Assembly: GCF_001272835.1 (NCBI RefSeq)
Contig: NZ_CP010546.1
Span: 30,001-62,000, forward strand
Length of the DNA: 32,000 nucleotides
Source: Mycoplasmoides pneumoniae FH
Lineage (GTDB): Bacteria; Bacillota_I; Bacilli_A; Mycoplasmatales; Mycoplasmoidaceae
Reading direction: 5' to 3'
Of this stretch, positions 19,275 through 29,813 are shown one piece after another (within the stretch, counting starts at the first letter, position 1; each line of letters starts with the position of its first letter). A model generated the notes under the pieces. It saw only the letters and a list, made by a program, of their open reading frames with translations. It was not told where the DNA came from and made no database searches. Made by a program: the position numbers and the translations under genes.

Positions 19275-21293
19275 ATGAAAAAACTCCACAAAATTTTATT
19301 GGGTTTATCTTTGCCCGCATCTTTGGCGCCCTTATCTGGGTTTATTAGTACTGATGCTGATAACTCACAGTTTTCACTAAAGAAGTCTAGCACTGAAATT
19401 AAAGGTACACAATCCATTCACCTGCTTAATTTAGGGGAAAGTTTAACTGAAGAAATTAAAGAGGCACAAAAGCGTACCCCAGAAACTAGTTTTGCCAGTT
19501 TCAAACAAAAGTTTCCCAATAAGGAAAGTTTTGTTAAAGGTTTTCAACCAATTGATGTCTACAACTTACTAAGTGGTTGAAAGGATGCCATTTCATCCTT
19601 TTTAGATAAGGTTGTTGAGCTACAGAAAAAGATCGAAGAAGCTAATAAAATTTTCAACACTAATATTGGCAACCAAATTGATTTACCCGAAGATGAAAAT
19701 CCCAATGTGCTAAACGTTTTGGGCTCATATGGTGGTGAAGGGTTCTTTCCTGCATTGGGTAAAAACGGGTTGAACCTACCACAACAAATCTTTGAAAACT
19801 TCACTGATTTCAAAGTTGTTAGTCATAAAATTCATGACTTCCAAGTAAGTTTGGTGGGCGAACGTGACATTATTAAAAACGACAAAGTCCGTTTTTCTTA
19901 CGCGGTGCAAATACCACTCAACTTAGAGCTGCTTGTTAACAACCAAAAAGTTACTTTCAACATTACGGTTGATTTGAGAACCAATAATTTCTCTACCCAA
20001 GAAACTTTTAACGAGCTGTTCAATAAATGCATTGGCCCCGTTAACTGGCAATTCTTTAGTAGGGTTAAAGTAGATAAATTGCACTACGATCAAACTGACG
20101 CTACTCATTTAGCTAACACGTTGTTACAAGACCAGTTCAATGCGTTAAATCTTGATTTAGAAAAGTCCATCTATGACTTGGAACTACCTAGATTAGAAGC
20201 AGAGTTCCAACAAAAATACGTTGATCCTTTAATTGAGAAAAAGCAAAGACAAAAAGCAGAGTGGGAAGAAGCGGAACGTATCCGTAAGGAAGAAGAGGAA
20301 AAACACCAAAAGGAGCTTGAAGAACAACAAAGAATTCAAGCAGAAAAAGCGAAAAATGACGAACAGTTACGTAAAGCGCAAACTGAATTGAAGAAGGCGC
20401 TTGGTGGCATCGACTCCTTTGTTGAATTCTTTACGAATAATGATTTACGTCTTAAACTAGGTTACACCAAAGAAGACAACGTTAGAACCCGCGCTGGACT
20501 TTTTAGAGCACTAGAAGTTTCCTTTGGTAATTACCGCGCTTGAACCTTCTACATTACATTATTAGGTTGAAAGGATACTACTGAAAAGATCTTTAAGAAA
20601 GCTAAATGGCAAGACATTAGGGATGATGAAAAATTCCGTAAGGCCTTTGGTTTAAGTCCAAAAGCCACCGAAAAAGATGTTGGTAAAGTAACCAATCCAG
20701 GTTATGGTTATCAAGGGATTTACATAAAGGATTCCCTGCGTGATGGAATTGCTAAGTACTCTGATTCGACGGTGTCTGAACCTAAAAACGTTAAGGTTTC
20801 TTTACCAGGTACTGTTGGTGATAATGAAGAGGGTAAGATCTGAATTGCTTCCCATAACTTTAGACAAAACCACGAATGGGGTGCTGGTGAAAAATTTAAA
20901 TATTCAGCTTATCGTTTTAAGTTTGATGTAACAGTGGATTATGATGTAGAGGTAAGTGCTAAATGATGAACTTGAGCCTTTCGGGGTAGTATTCCAGGAT
21001 ATTGGAGGGGTAAATTCAAGGTTACCTATTCCTTTGATGGTGTCGTACCTTCTTGGAAGTATGGTCACATCCAAGTGCGTACGCCACAATACAGCTTTAA
21101 TAAGCAGGAACAAAAGATTCTGTTTGTACCCCATGCTATCCAAAAGATTGCTGCTGAAGGTAGCAACTTAGATTTAATTAATCCATTCTTAAAGGATCAA
21201 AAATTAGATGAATTTGAGCACTACCACCCAGATTTAACTAAACCATTAGATTTAGTAGCTTATCTGTTATACGCAATAACCACGAGATCATAG
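19275..21293 (+). CDS. Island paralog 4, same family, intact (672 aa)
   Basis: Fragments 19275-19580, 19707-20543 and 21075-21293 share one frame, and the gaps contain only TGA. It is the closest relative of paralog 3 (identical peptide [55 protein letters not shown]). It lies only 61 nt downstream of paralog 3. Ends TAG. Confidence 0.87.
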
Positions 21294-21295
21294 TT

Positions 21296-21340
21296 GCCTA
21301 GTGGGATAATTAATAGAAATAAGAGCTTCTAGGCTTTTTT
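21296..21340 (+). terminator. Weak terminator candidate after paralog 4
   Basis: GCCTAG (21296-21301) pairs with CTAGGC (21329-21334) and is followed by TTTTTT (21335-21340). The stem is only 6 bp and the loop is 27 nt. Confidence 0.25.
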
Positions 21341-21549
21341 CATTTATTACAGCTTTTTCTTGGTTGATAAATTTACAAACAACTGCATTTGCCCATTTTA
21401 CAAAAGTGCTAAATCAAGGGCTTTATTTGAAAATTGACCCGTTAAAAAGTTAATTAATGGGAGGATAAGCAAGCTTTAAAAAGCGCAAAATAGCGTTTAA
21501 AAAACACCTACTGTTTTCAGTTTTATTTTGAAAAATTCTAAATAAGAGA

Positions 21550-21555
21550 TATAAT
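21550..21555 (+). promoter_or_regulatory. Candidate -10 box for glpF
   Basis: A perfect TATAAT lies in the 323-nt intergenic region, 61 nt upstream of ATG 21617. There is no obvious -35, which I recall is usual for this organism group. Confidence 0.3.
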
Positions 21556-21616
21556 TTTACTGATAGCTTTTCTTAAAAAATAACTTTTTGAGAGGGCGAA
21601 AATTCTTTTTACTAAT

Positions 21617-22411
21617 ATGTTTAATTTAAGTGATTTTAGTGAATTACCACGTTGGATTGGTGCCGAATTTTTAGGCACATTCTTTTTAATTCTTTTAGGT
21701 AACGGTGCTGGTTCGCAGCTAACACTCAATAAGATGTTTGTTAAAGAATCGAAAGCAAAGTTACTAACTGCTGCTTTTGCTTGAGGTATTGCTGTATTAG
21801 TTGGTGTTTTAATAGCTAACTCTTTGTTTGAGGGTGCGGGTAATATTAACCCGGCAGTGAGTTTGTTCTATGCTGTTTCGGGAACTATTCAAAAAGCTTT
21901 ATATCCATTGCATGTAAACTTCAGCATTCCATTACTTTGAGTAGCACTCCTACTTGCTTGAGTAGCACAGTTTGCTGGGGCAATGTTGGCACAAGCATTG
22001 TTAAACTTCTTGTTCTGAAAGCATATTGAACAAACTGATCCACAATCGGTTTTGGTTACCCATTGTACTAACCCAGCAATCTTTAACATTCCTCGCAACT
22101 TTGCAACTGAGTTTGTAGCAACTAGCGTTTTAATTGCTAGTTTACTGGTGGCTGGTAGTTTTGGTGCCAACCGATTTGACCAGTCACCACGAGGGGTTGT
22201 ACCAATGTTAGTGGTTACTGGCTTAATTATGTCTTTTGGTGCCGCTACTGGTACTGCAATTAACCCAGCCCGTGATTTAGGTCCGAGAATTGTTTACTGA
22301 TTGAGTCCAATTAAAAATAAGGATCCTAACTTAAAGTACAGTTGGATTCCGGTAGCTGCACCTCTAAGTGCTAGTGTTATCTTAGGTGTGCTTGTGGCTG
22401 TTATCGTTTAG
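21617..22411 (+). CDS. glpF: Glycerol uptake facilitator / aquaglyceroporin (264 aa)
   Basis: ATG 21617 opens one frame that runs through 5 TGA codons to TAG 22409-22411. Both MIP-family NPA boxes are present ([19 protein letters not shown]), with six hydrophobic segments. Confidence 0.92.
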
Positions 22412-23032
22412 TTCCTTAAAGCGTTCTTTAAACTGCTTGGTCTTAACTGTAACTGGCTTACCCTGCACGTGGTGGTGCAACTTACAACGTGGTTCATAAG
22501 CTTCAATATCACCAATTAAAACGGTTTCGTTGCTCTTGGACACTATGCGCTGGGTGCGTTGGGCTAACTGACCACAGACATTACAAACGGCATCTAACTT
22601 ACAAATCTTGTCGGCAATCGCTAACAGTTGGGGAATGCTACCAAAGGGTTCAGCGCGGAAGTCCGTGTCTAAACCAGAAACAATGACGTTAATGCCGAGA
22701 TCATTGAGTGATTTAACCACTTCGACAATTTCACTCGAAAAGAATTGGGCTTCATCAATGGCAACCACATCAAAACGATCTTTAGTGAGGTAGTCATAGA
22801 TTTCTAAAGGTGAATTAATTTCAATGGCTTCATCACTGTGACCGTTACGGGATTTCACGAGGTGTTGTTGGCGCGTATCAATCTTTGGTTTAAAGATAAT
22901 AACGGGAATCTTGGCGAGCTTTCAGCGCTTAATTTTGCGCAATAATTCTTCGGTTTTACCGGAAAACATCGGCCCACAAATCACTTCGATTCAACCACGT
23001 GGGGATTGGTGGAAAACTTGGGAAAAGCTCAT
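22382..23032 (-). CDS. tdk: Thymidine kinase (216 aa)
   Basis: The track ORF 22382-22858 extends upstream through two TGA codons to ATG 23032. The protein has the P-loop [24 protein letters not shown], and a C-terminal zinc ribbon (CNVCG...CKLHH). Its 3' end overlaps the glpF 3' end by 30 nt (convergent). Confidence 0.92.
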
Positions 23033-23058
23033 AGTTGCCCAATTATAATTAAACAAAG

Positions 23059-24303
23059 ATGAGTGTGTTGCAAAAACCGCGCGGGGTTAAAGACTGGTAT
23101 GGTGAGGAGTTAATCTACTTCAATTGAACGGTGCACCAGATCACTAATTTGGCCTGAAAATGAGGCTTTAGTGAGGTCAAAACACCCCTGTTGGAATACG
23201 CTGAAGCCTTTAAGCGCACCAATGCCAACGCCGATATTGTCAAGAAGGAGTTGTATGAATTCCATGACAAATCGAACCGGCTGTTAGCCCTGCGTCCCGA
23301 GGCTACTGCTGGGATAGTGCGCTTGGTCTGTGAGAACAAACTACTCCAACCACAAAACTACCCGTTAAGGTTGTTTACCATTGGCACCATGTACCGGTAT
23401 GAACGCCCCCAAAGTAACCGTTACCGCGAGCACTACCAGTTTAGTTGTGAAGTGATAGGTGACACTAATCCAACCGTGTTACTCGACACTTTACTGTTGG
23501 GTCATGCCATTATCCAGCAATTGGGAATTGAAGGAGTGATCCTCAAACTTAACAACTTAGGTAACAGTGCTACCATTCAACAATGAAACCAAGCGCTGCA
23601 AGCTTACTTAACCCAGTTTAAGGCGCAGTTAACCGAGTTATCACAAAGCCGTTTATCGACCAATCCTCTAAGGATCTTGGACGACAAGGTTGATGGTCAA
23701 CTACCCTTTATCAGTGATGCTCCCCAAATTGAGCAGTTCTTGGATGCTGAGCAGCAGGCACTGAATACTTGACTGCAGCAACAGTTAACCCAACAACAGG
23801 TGCCGTTTGAGTGGAATCCAACCCTAGTCCGGGGCTTGGACTACTATACTGGGGTAGTGTTTGAATTTGTTAAGGATGACACCACGGTACTAGCTGGTGG
23901 GGTGTATGATAACCTAGTGGAAGAGTTAGGTGGTACACCTACTAAAGCGCTGGGTTTTGCTTGTGGCATTGAACGCTCAATTAATTGTTTAAGTGCGGTT
24001 AAAAAGCAAGCAATTTTGGCCAATCAACCCCCACGATTACTGGTTATAGGTCTCACCGAAGCAGCGTTGGAAAAGCTGTTACAACTTTCATTGGGTTGAA
24101 GGGCGTATCATCCTGTGACTATTTATCCTAAAGTTATTAGAATTATCAATGGCATCAGAGCCGCGCAACGGTTAGGTTACCGCTTTTTAGGGGTCATTGG
24201 TGGTAATAATTTAGAACAGCAAACCATTACCGTTAAAGACCTGGCTACTGAACAGCAAACAACATACACTTGAGATGAATTTAGACAACGCCAAGTGCTT
24301 TAA
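23059..24303 (+). CDS. hisS: Histidyl-tRNA synthetase (414 aa)
   Basis: ATG 23059 opens the frame shared by fragments 23191-23586 and 23800-24099, joined through TGA, ending TAA 24301-24303. Class II motifs are present: [41 protein letters not shown]. Confidence 0.93.
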
Positions 24304-25948
24304 GCAACGGGTTTTTATTGGCAATTTAACTTCCGAGCACCTCAATAAAACCGTTACTATTGCCGGATGGGTCAAACGGATTAAGAAGTTAGGTGAACTT
24401 AACTTTGTTATTGTCGGGGACAAGACTAATACTATTCAGGTTACCTGTAAAAATAAGGAACAGGTCAAGTACTTAACCAGAGAAGACTTGGTGATTGTCA
24501 AGGGCAAACTGAAACGCTTAGACAGTGTTCGGTTTGAAATTACCAATCCTACTATTACCTTATTTGCCAAGTCCAAAACACCCCCTCTTATCATTGAGGA
24601 CAAAACTGATGCTTTAGAAGAAGTGCGTTTGCGTTACCGCTACTTAGACTTACGCCGTCCGGTGATGCAAAAGCGCTTGGCGTTACGCCATAAGGTAACT
24701 TTAGCCGTCCGGAACTGACTAGATCAAATGGGGTTTATTGAAGTAGAAACACCTACGCTCACGAAGTCCACACCGGAGGGTGCTAGGGACTTTTTGGTAC
24801 CGGCCAGAATTAGGGAACATAGCTTTTACGCTTTGCCCCAAAGTCCACAAATTTATAAACAGTTATTAATGGTTGGTGGTACGGAAAAGTACTTCCAAAT
24901 TGCCCATGTTTACCGCGATGAAGACAGCCGCAAAGACCGTCAACCTGAACACACCCAAATTGACTTAGAGGTGGCCTTTTACACCAAGGAAATGGTGATG
25001 GATTTAATCCAAAGGTTATTTGTCGATGTCTTTCGCCAAGTGTTAAACATTAAGCTCAAAAAACCGTTTCCAGTGTTAAAGTTTGCTGAAGCCTTTAACC
25101 GTTTTGGCAGTGACAAACCGGATTTACGTTATGGTTTCGAACTGGAAGACTGCACTGATTTATTCCAAGACAGTCCGAACCAATTCACTAACTTAATTAA
25201 TGCTGGCGGCATAGTCGGTGGGATCCAATTACCGAATCTTTATTTAGACGAAGTTTCTTTTAAAGCATTGAGGAAACTAGCTAAGGACAACGGGGTTTCC
25301 TTAGAGTTTTACTCTGATAAAGCTAGTTCCCTAAAACAACCCCTGGATTTACCGTTAGCAGGCACCATCTTACTGGTAGCACACAAAAGTAAAACGCAAG
25401 CTTGAACGGCATTAGGCGCCATTCGCAATGAGTTGAAGTACCACCTCAACTTAGTGAAACCCAACCAGTACAGCTTTTGTTGAATTGTAGACTTTCCTTT
25501 ATACGAGTTTGACGAAAAGGAACAGAAGTGGGTTTCGGCGCACAACATGTTCTCCAATCCCCAACCGCAGTGGTTGGTTAACTTTGAAAACCACAAGGCT
25601 GAGGCGTTGAGTGAACAGTACGACCTAGTTTTAAATGGGTTTGAACTGGGTAGTGGTTCAATTCGGATCCATGACCCAGAAGTACAAACCCGTTTAATGC
25701 AATCTTTAGGGGTGGATCCCCAACAGTTTGGCTTTGTGATGGAGGCTTACCAGTACGGTGCTCCTGTACACGCTGGCATGGGTTTGGGATTAGACCGCTT
25801 AATGATGATCATTAACAATGTGGACAACATTAGGGAAGTGATGGCCTTTCCGAAAAATGCCCAAGGGATAGAGATGCACACTAATGCCCCTGATCAGGTT
25901 GACATTAAAGACATAACAACAATATGGTCCAAACACCCAGTGAAATAA
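24275..25948 (+). CDS. aspS: Aspartyl-tRNA synthetase (557 aa)
   Basis: Fragments 24275-24718, 24728-25405 and 25547-25948 share one frame, joined through TGA. The protein has an OB-fold N-domain (VTIAGWVKRIKKLGELNFVIV), FYALPQSPQIYKQLLMVGG, motif 2 YRDEDSRKDRQPEHTQIDLE and motif 3 GMGLGLDRLMM. It overlaps hisS by 29 nt. Confidence 0.94.
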
Positions 25949-27279
25949 ATACCCACCTTAAACACCTCTTGGCCTGTGATGCTTATAAGCTATCACACCG
26001 CTTAATGTATCCTAATGACACGACCAACTTATACAGTTGTTTAACAGCCCGGGGTGGTCGTGGTGGTTTTCCAAATTTTGTGTGAAACCACGAGTTTGCC
26101 AAAAAGATTATTCTTGAAGTGTTTGGTAACTTTTGTGATAGTGTGTTAGCAGTCCAAAACGATCCTGGGTTGGCCCAAGCGCTCACTGACAAGGTGACCA
26201 CTGTTTTTGGTGATCCCCAGTTTGGGTTGGAGTTTACCCAGCACATCTGTTATTTAGCTAACTTTTTAAAACAACACCACCAGTTACCCTTAACGGTAAA
26301 GATTCACCAGAGTTCTGAGGGTTTAGCCTTCCGTACACCCTTAGTAACTATTACAGGTTCGGACCAAATGGTTCCCGAGTTAGTTTGGTTAGTCAACTAT
26401 TTTGAAACCGTATTATTGGAAAACATCTGATTGTACCAAACTACTTTAACTGTCGCCCAAAGCTTAAAGCTGCTGTTGGAACGCTATGCTAACGAAACCG
26501 CGGATAATACTGAATTTACCCACTTTCAGTGTCATGATTTTAGTATGCGTGGTATGAGTAGTCTTCAAAGTGCTTTATATGTAGCTAATGCTCACCTGCA
26601 GTACTTTAGTGGCAGTGACACCATTTTAGGCGGTGTAGCTGCTAAATCGATCTTAGCTAGTGAACACTCGGTGATGTGTGCTGATGGTCAAGAGGGTGAA
26701 TTGAATACCTTTAAACGTTTATTGGAGCAGTTTCCTAACAAAAATCTGTCCTTAGTGATTGATTCTTATGACATGTGGCATGTTCTAGATAACATCTTAC
26801 CCCAACTCAAGGACTTAGTTTTACAACGACAGGAGAAGCTGTACCTCCGACCTGACTCGGGCAACTTTGAAACCCTTATTTGTCAGGGCAAACGGTTTAA
26901 CCCCGAGGACAAAACTACCTGGGGAGTAATTGATTACTTAGATTACCACTTTGGTTCCACTGTTAACCAAAAAGGTTATAAGGTTTTGAACCAAAAGTTG
27001 GGTATTGTTTATGGCGATGGCATTACCTATGAGCGGATTGAGTACATTTTGGAACAGCTCAAACAACGTGGGTTTTGTTCTTCCAACATTGTCTTTGGGG
27101 TTGGTAGTACAACTTACCAAAACCTTAACCGTGATACGTTGGGATTTGTGTATAAGTTGACAGCCATCAAAAAGGGTAATACCTGACATGATGTTACCAA
27201 GAGTCCCATAACCGATCCCACCAAGCAGTCCATAGGGGGACGATTTGATAACCCCAACCTAATTCAGGTTTACGGTTAA
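25924..27279 (+). CDS. Nicotinamide/nicotinate phosphoribosyltransferase family protein (NAMPT/NadV- or PncB-like, 451 aa)
   Basis: ATG 25924 (overlapping the aspS 3' end by 25 nt) opens the frame shared by 26119-26430 and 26431-27186, continuing past TGA 27184 to TAA 27277-27279. It has an N-terminal LLACDAYKLSHRLMYP (compare the TDSYK.sH motif of NAMPT), HDFSMRG, SEHSVM, LRPDSG, IVYGDGI and GVGSTTYQNLNRDTLGFVYKL. Confidence 0.75.
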
Positions 27280-27380
27280 TGCACCTCAAAAAACCGTTAG
27301 TGGTTACTAAGGATTGCTTTTATTGACTTAGTTTCGGATCGCTAAAATGATTGTTAGCACCAATCTTTTTAAAATTTTCC

Positions 27381-27716
27381 AAACATTAAATTTTCTTTGT
27401 TGGTTGTAGTTGTTAGGTTGTTTAGTCAAAGATCCACCTTTTCGTAATAGTTAATTAAGTAATTTAGTTAGTTTCTTTTTATCCAATTTTAAACAGACTA
27501 AAAAAATCCGCTTTCGGTATAAAGCGTTTCTACTAACTTTATTTGCGTCAACCACAACGCTTACTGGATTCATAATACCTACTTTGAGCCAACACGGTTC
27601 GAGTACGGATCCGAGTTTTGTGGCATTGCGCAACAACAGTAGTTTAAGCCGTGATGGTAAAAGTCGGCTTTTAGAATTTGGTAATGACCTTGGTTTTAGC
27701 AAGGAAGAAACTGATG
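27381..27716 (+). repeat. 5' near-identical repeat, copy 1 (promoter region + leader + first ~70 codons of paralog 5)
   Basis: By eye this aligns base-for-base with 29479-29813, with 8 substitutions and one single-A indel in 336 nt (about 97%). One run of about 150 nt is 100% identical. Downstream gene body identity falls off markedly. Confidence 0.85.
27386..27426 (+). promoter_or_regulatory. Related upstream element, copy upstream of paralog 5
   Basis: TTAAATTTTCTTTGTTGGTTGTAGTTGTTAGGTTGTTTAGTC shares the TTAAAT-TTYCTYT-GTTGGTTG...GTTT(T)AG frame with the island copies but lacks the CCAAC arm. It lies about 80 nt (element 3' end 27426) upstream of the ATC/ATG position. Confidence 0.35.
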
Positions 27717-29426
27717 CCTTTGCTAAACAAAAGGATTGAAACCAGAACTTTGTTAAATTTCAAAAGCAGTTTGAAAACAAGCTTTTAGACCCAAAGAACT
27801 TTAGCTTAACCGATGTTTATAACCTCTTTAGTGGTTTTCAACAAAGTGTTACGGCTACTGTTCAGCTAATGAACGAGTTGCAAACCAAAGTCAATGAGGC
27901 TAATAATATTTTCCCAGTTGAAGCCTTCAAGGTACCTAAGGTTCCAGAAAAACTGTTTGGTTTTGTCAACCAAGGCTTCTTTCCTAAACTAAACCCTAAG
28001 GGCTTAAACATTGCTGATAACGTGGCTTCCTTATTTGAACAATACAGCTTAAAGCAAGCAAGTCTTAAGGACTTTGACATATTATTGGAAAAGAAAAACG
28101 ACATTGTGTTGGAACACAAGGTGCGTTATAACTTTGCTTTGCAATTTAACTTTGAAACCACTTATGTTGGTACTGGTGGGGAAATTAACCTACAGTTTGC
28201 ACTGCAAGCTTCCACTACTAACTTTAGTAGCTTAGAAGAACTCCAAGCTAGCTTTAGTAAAACAGGCGATAACCTTACTGCCCAATTGTTCTGAAAACCA
28301 ACTGTAACTAAGTTAGTTTCTGGGGAAAATGATCTAACCCATATTGCCCAAACAGCAATCGGTGAAAGTCTGTTTGACAGCCGGGTTGACTTAAGTGCTT
28401 CTATTATTAATAGTGAAGCAACCCTTAAAACAGCCGAAGCAACATTTACAACCCAAGTTTTAAATCCGTTTAAAGCGAAACGGGAAAAGGCTTTGGCCAT
28501 TAAGAAAGCTGAAGAAGAGAAAATTAAAAAAGAACTTGAAGAGCAAAAGAAGCGTCAAGAAGAATTAGCAAAACAACAACGAGACAAAGAGGCATTACAA
28601 AAGTCACTTTGAAAATTTCAAGAATTTATTAGCTACTGAAACGGTCAAGGAAAAGACGTTAAGCAAAAAGAACAATTTATTCAAGCATTAGAAGCGGCGT
28701 TTTCTACCAATTGGAACGAGGTTTTCAATTTGTTAATTGCCGGTTTTAGAAGTGCAATTCAGACTTATTACAAAGATGGCAAAGCAGATCAAAGCCAAAA
28801 CGCTAAAATTGCTTTTGGCGAAAAGGGTATTCAATTCCCTAAATCTGGCCCAGGACTTGACGGTATTTTCATGTCAGATTTCCTTCGTGGTAACCTTACC
28901 GGCAACGCTCACTTTGATTTAAAACTTAAAAAAGTTGAAGTTAAAAACACACAAGGAAAAGACGCACAAGGCAATGATAAAAAAGCCTCCATTAATTGAC
29001 AAGCTAAGCAAAATAACTTCCCCTTCAGACAAGTAAACCCATGGGATTTTTCCTTTGAAGTAGAACTTAAGTATGAAGGTAGCTATGGCCTATATCCAGG
29101 TGCTAGGTTCCTTAACTTATTTGGTTCCTTAGGTATTCCTAACGATTGAAAAGGCGAAATGAGCGTTAAGTTTGTGCTCGATGGTAAGACACCTCAATGG
29201 ATTGCTGATAAACCAGATTACCCAGGTTCCTTGTTTAAATTTGAAAAGAACCAGTTAAAGTTCACTCCCCACGTTAAGGAGCATGTACATGTTGAAAACA
29301 AACAATTTATGGAAAAGTTGAAAGAGTCAAAACTTGCATAACTTGGAGTTAGAAACTGGTGCTACAAAACCACCTGTTGTGGACTTAGCTAGTTATCTAC
29401 ACTACCTCATTTTGAACCACAAGTAG
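27506..29426 (+). pseudogene. Second-locus paralog 5 (divergent branch of the same family): start codon position is ATC, and the conserved C-terminal tail is frameshifted
   Basis: Frame 2 is open from 27455 with no ATG/GTG/TTG before TTG at about 27581. The position homologous to the ATG of paralog 6 reads ATC (27506-27508). The frame runs through TGA codons (fragments 27869-28294, 28730-28999, 29159-29341) to TAA 29339-29341. The family C-terminal tail (NLELETGATKPPVVDLASYLHYLILNHK) follows in the +1 frame to TAG 29424-29426. Confidence 0.7.
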
Positions 29427-29448
29427 ATTTAACGTATTGCTAAATTGG

Positions 29449-29472
29449 TTGTATAAGCCAAACTTTATACAA
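29449..29472 (+). terminator. AT-rich hairpin after paralog 5
   Basis: TTGTATAA (29449-29456) pairs with TTATACAA (29465-29472) around an 8-nt loop, 23 nt after the frameshifted tail stop. The following T-run is short (TCTTTC). Confidence 0.3.
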
Positions 29473-29478
29473 TCTTTC

Positions 29479-29813
29479 AAACATTAAATTTTCTTTGTTG
29501 GTTGTAGTTGTTAGGTTGTTTAGTCGAAGATCCACCTTTTCGTAAAAGTTAATTAAGTCATTTAGTTAGTTTCTTTTTATCCAACTTGAAACAGACTAAA
29601 AAATGCGCTTTCGGTATAAGGCGTTTCTACTAACTTTATTTGCGTCAACCACAACGCTTACTGGATTCATAATACCTACTTTGAGCCAACACGGTTCGAG
29701 TACGGATCCGAGTTTTGTGGCATTGCGCAACAACAGTAGTTTAAGCTGTGATGGTAAAAGTCGGCTTTTAGAATTTGGTAATGACCTTGGTTTTAGCAAG
29801 GAAGAAACTGATG
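29479..29813 (+). repeat. 5' near-identical repeat, copy 2 (paralog 6)
   Basis: Partner of 27381-27716; see that entry. Confidence 0.85.
29484..29524 (+). promoter_or_regulatory. Related upstream element, copy upstream of paralog 6
   Basis: This is identical to the paralog-5 copy over these 41 nt and is part of the 335-nt near-identical 5' repeat. Confidence 0.35.

Noticed and set aside
11392-21293. Regularly spaced ~2-kb repeats as a possible CRISPR-like or satellite array
   Set aside because: The repeat units are full-length protein-coding paralogs with diverged sequence. There are no short direct repeats with unique spacers and no cas-like genes.
11115-21616. The island as a mobile element or prophage remnant
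   Set aside because: I could recognise no transposase, integrase, recombinase or phage-like ORF, and no terminal inverted or direct repeats flanking the island. Tandem duplication is the simpler explanation.
21889-22170. 93-aa minus ORF inside glpF, and 61-65-aa plus ORFs (22489, 22608) inside tdk
   Set aside because: They are antisense to genes with clear family signatures (NPA boxes; TK P-loop and zinc ribbon). They are shadow ORFs.
27451-27702. Near-identical minus-strand ORFs 27451-27702 and 29596-29799
   Set aside because: They lie antisense to the 97%-identical 5' repeat of paralogs 5 and 6. Their conservation is fully explained by that duplication, and their composition (LPNSKSRLLPSRLKLLLL) is typical of a shadow frame.
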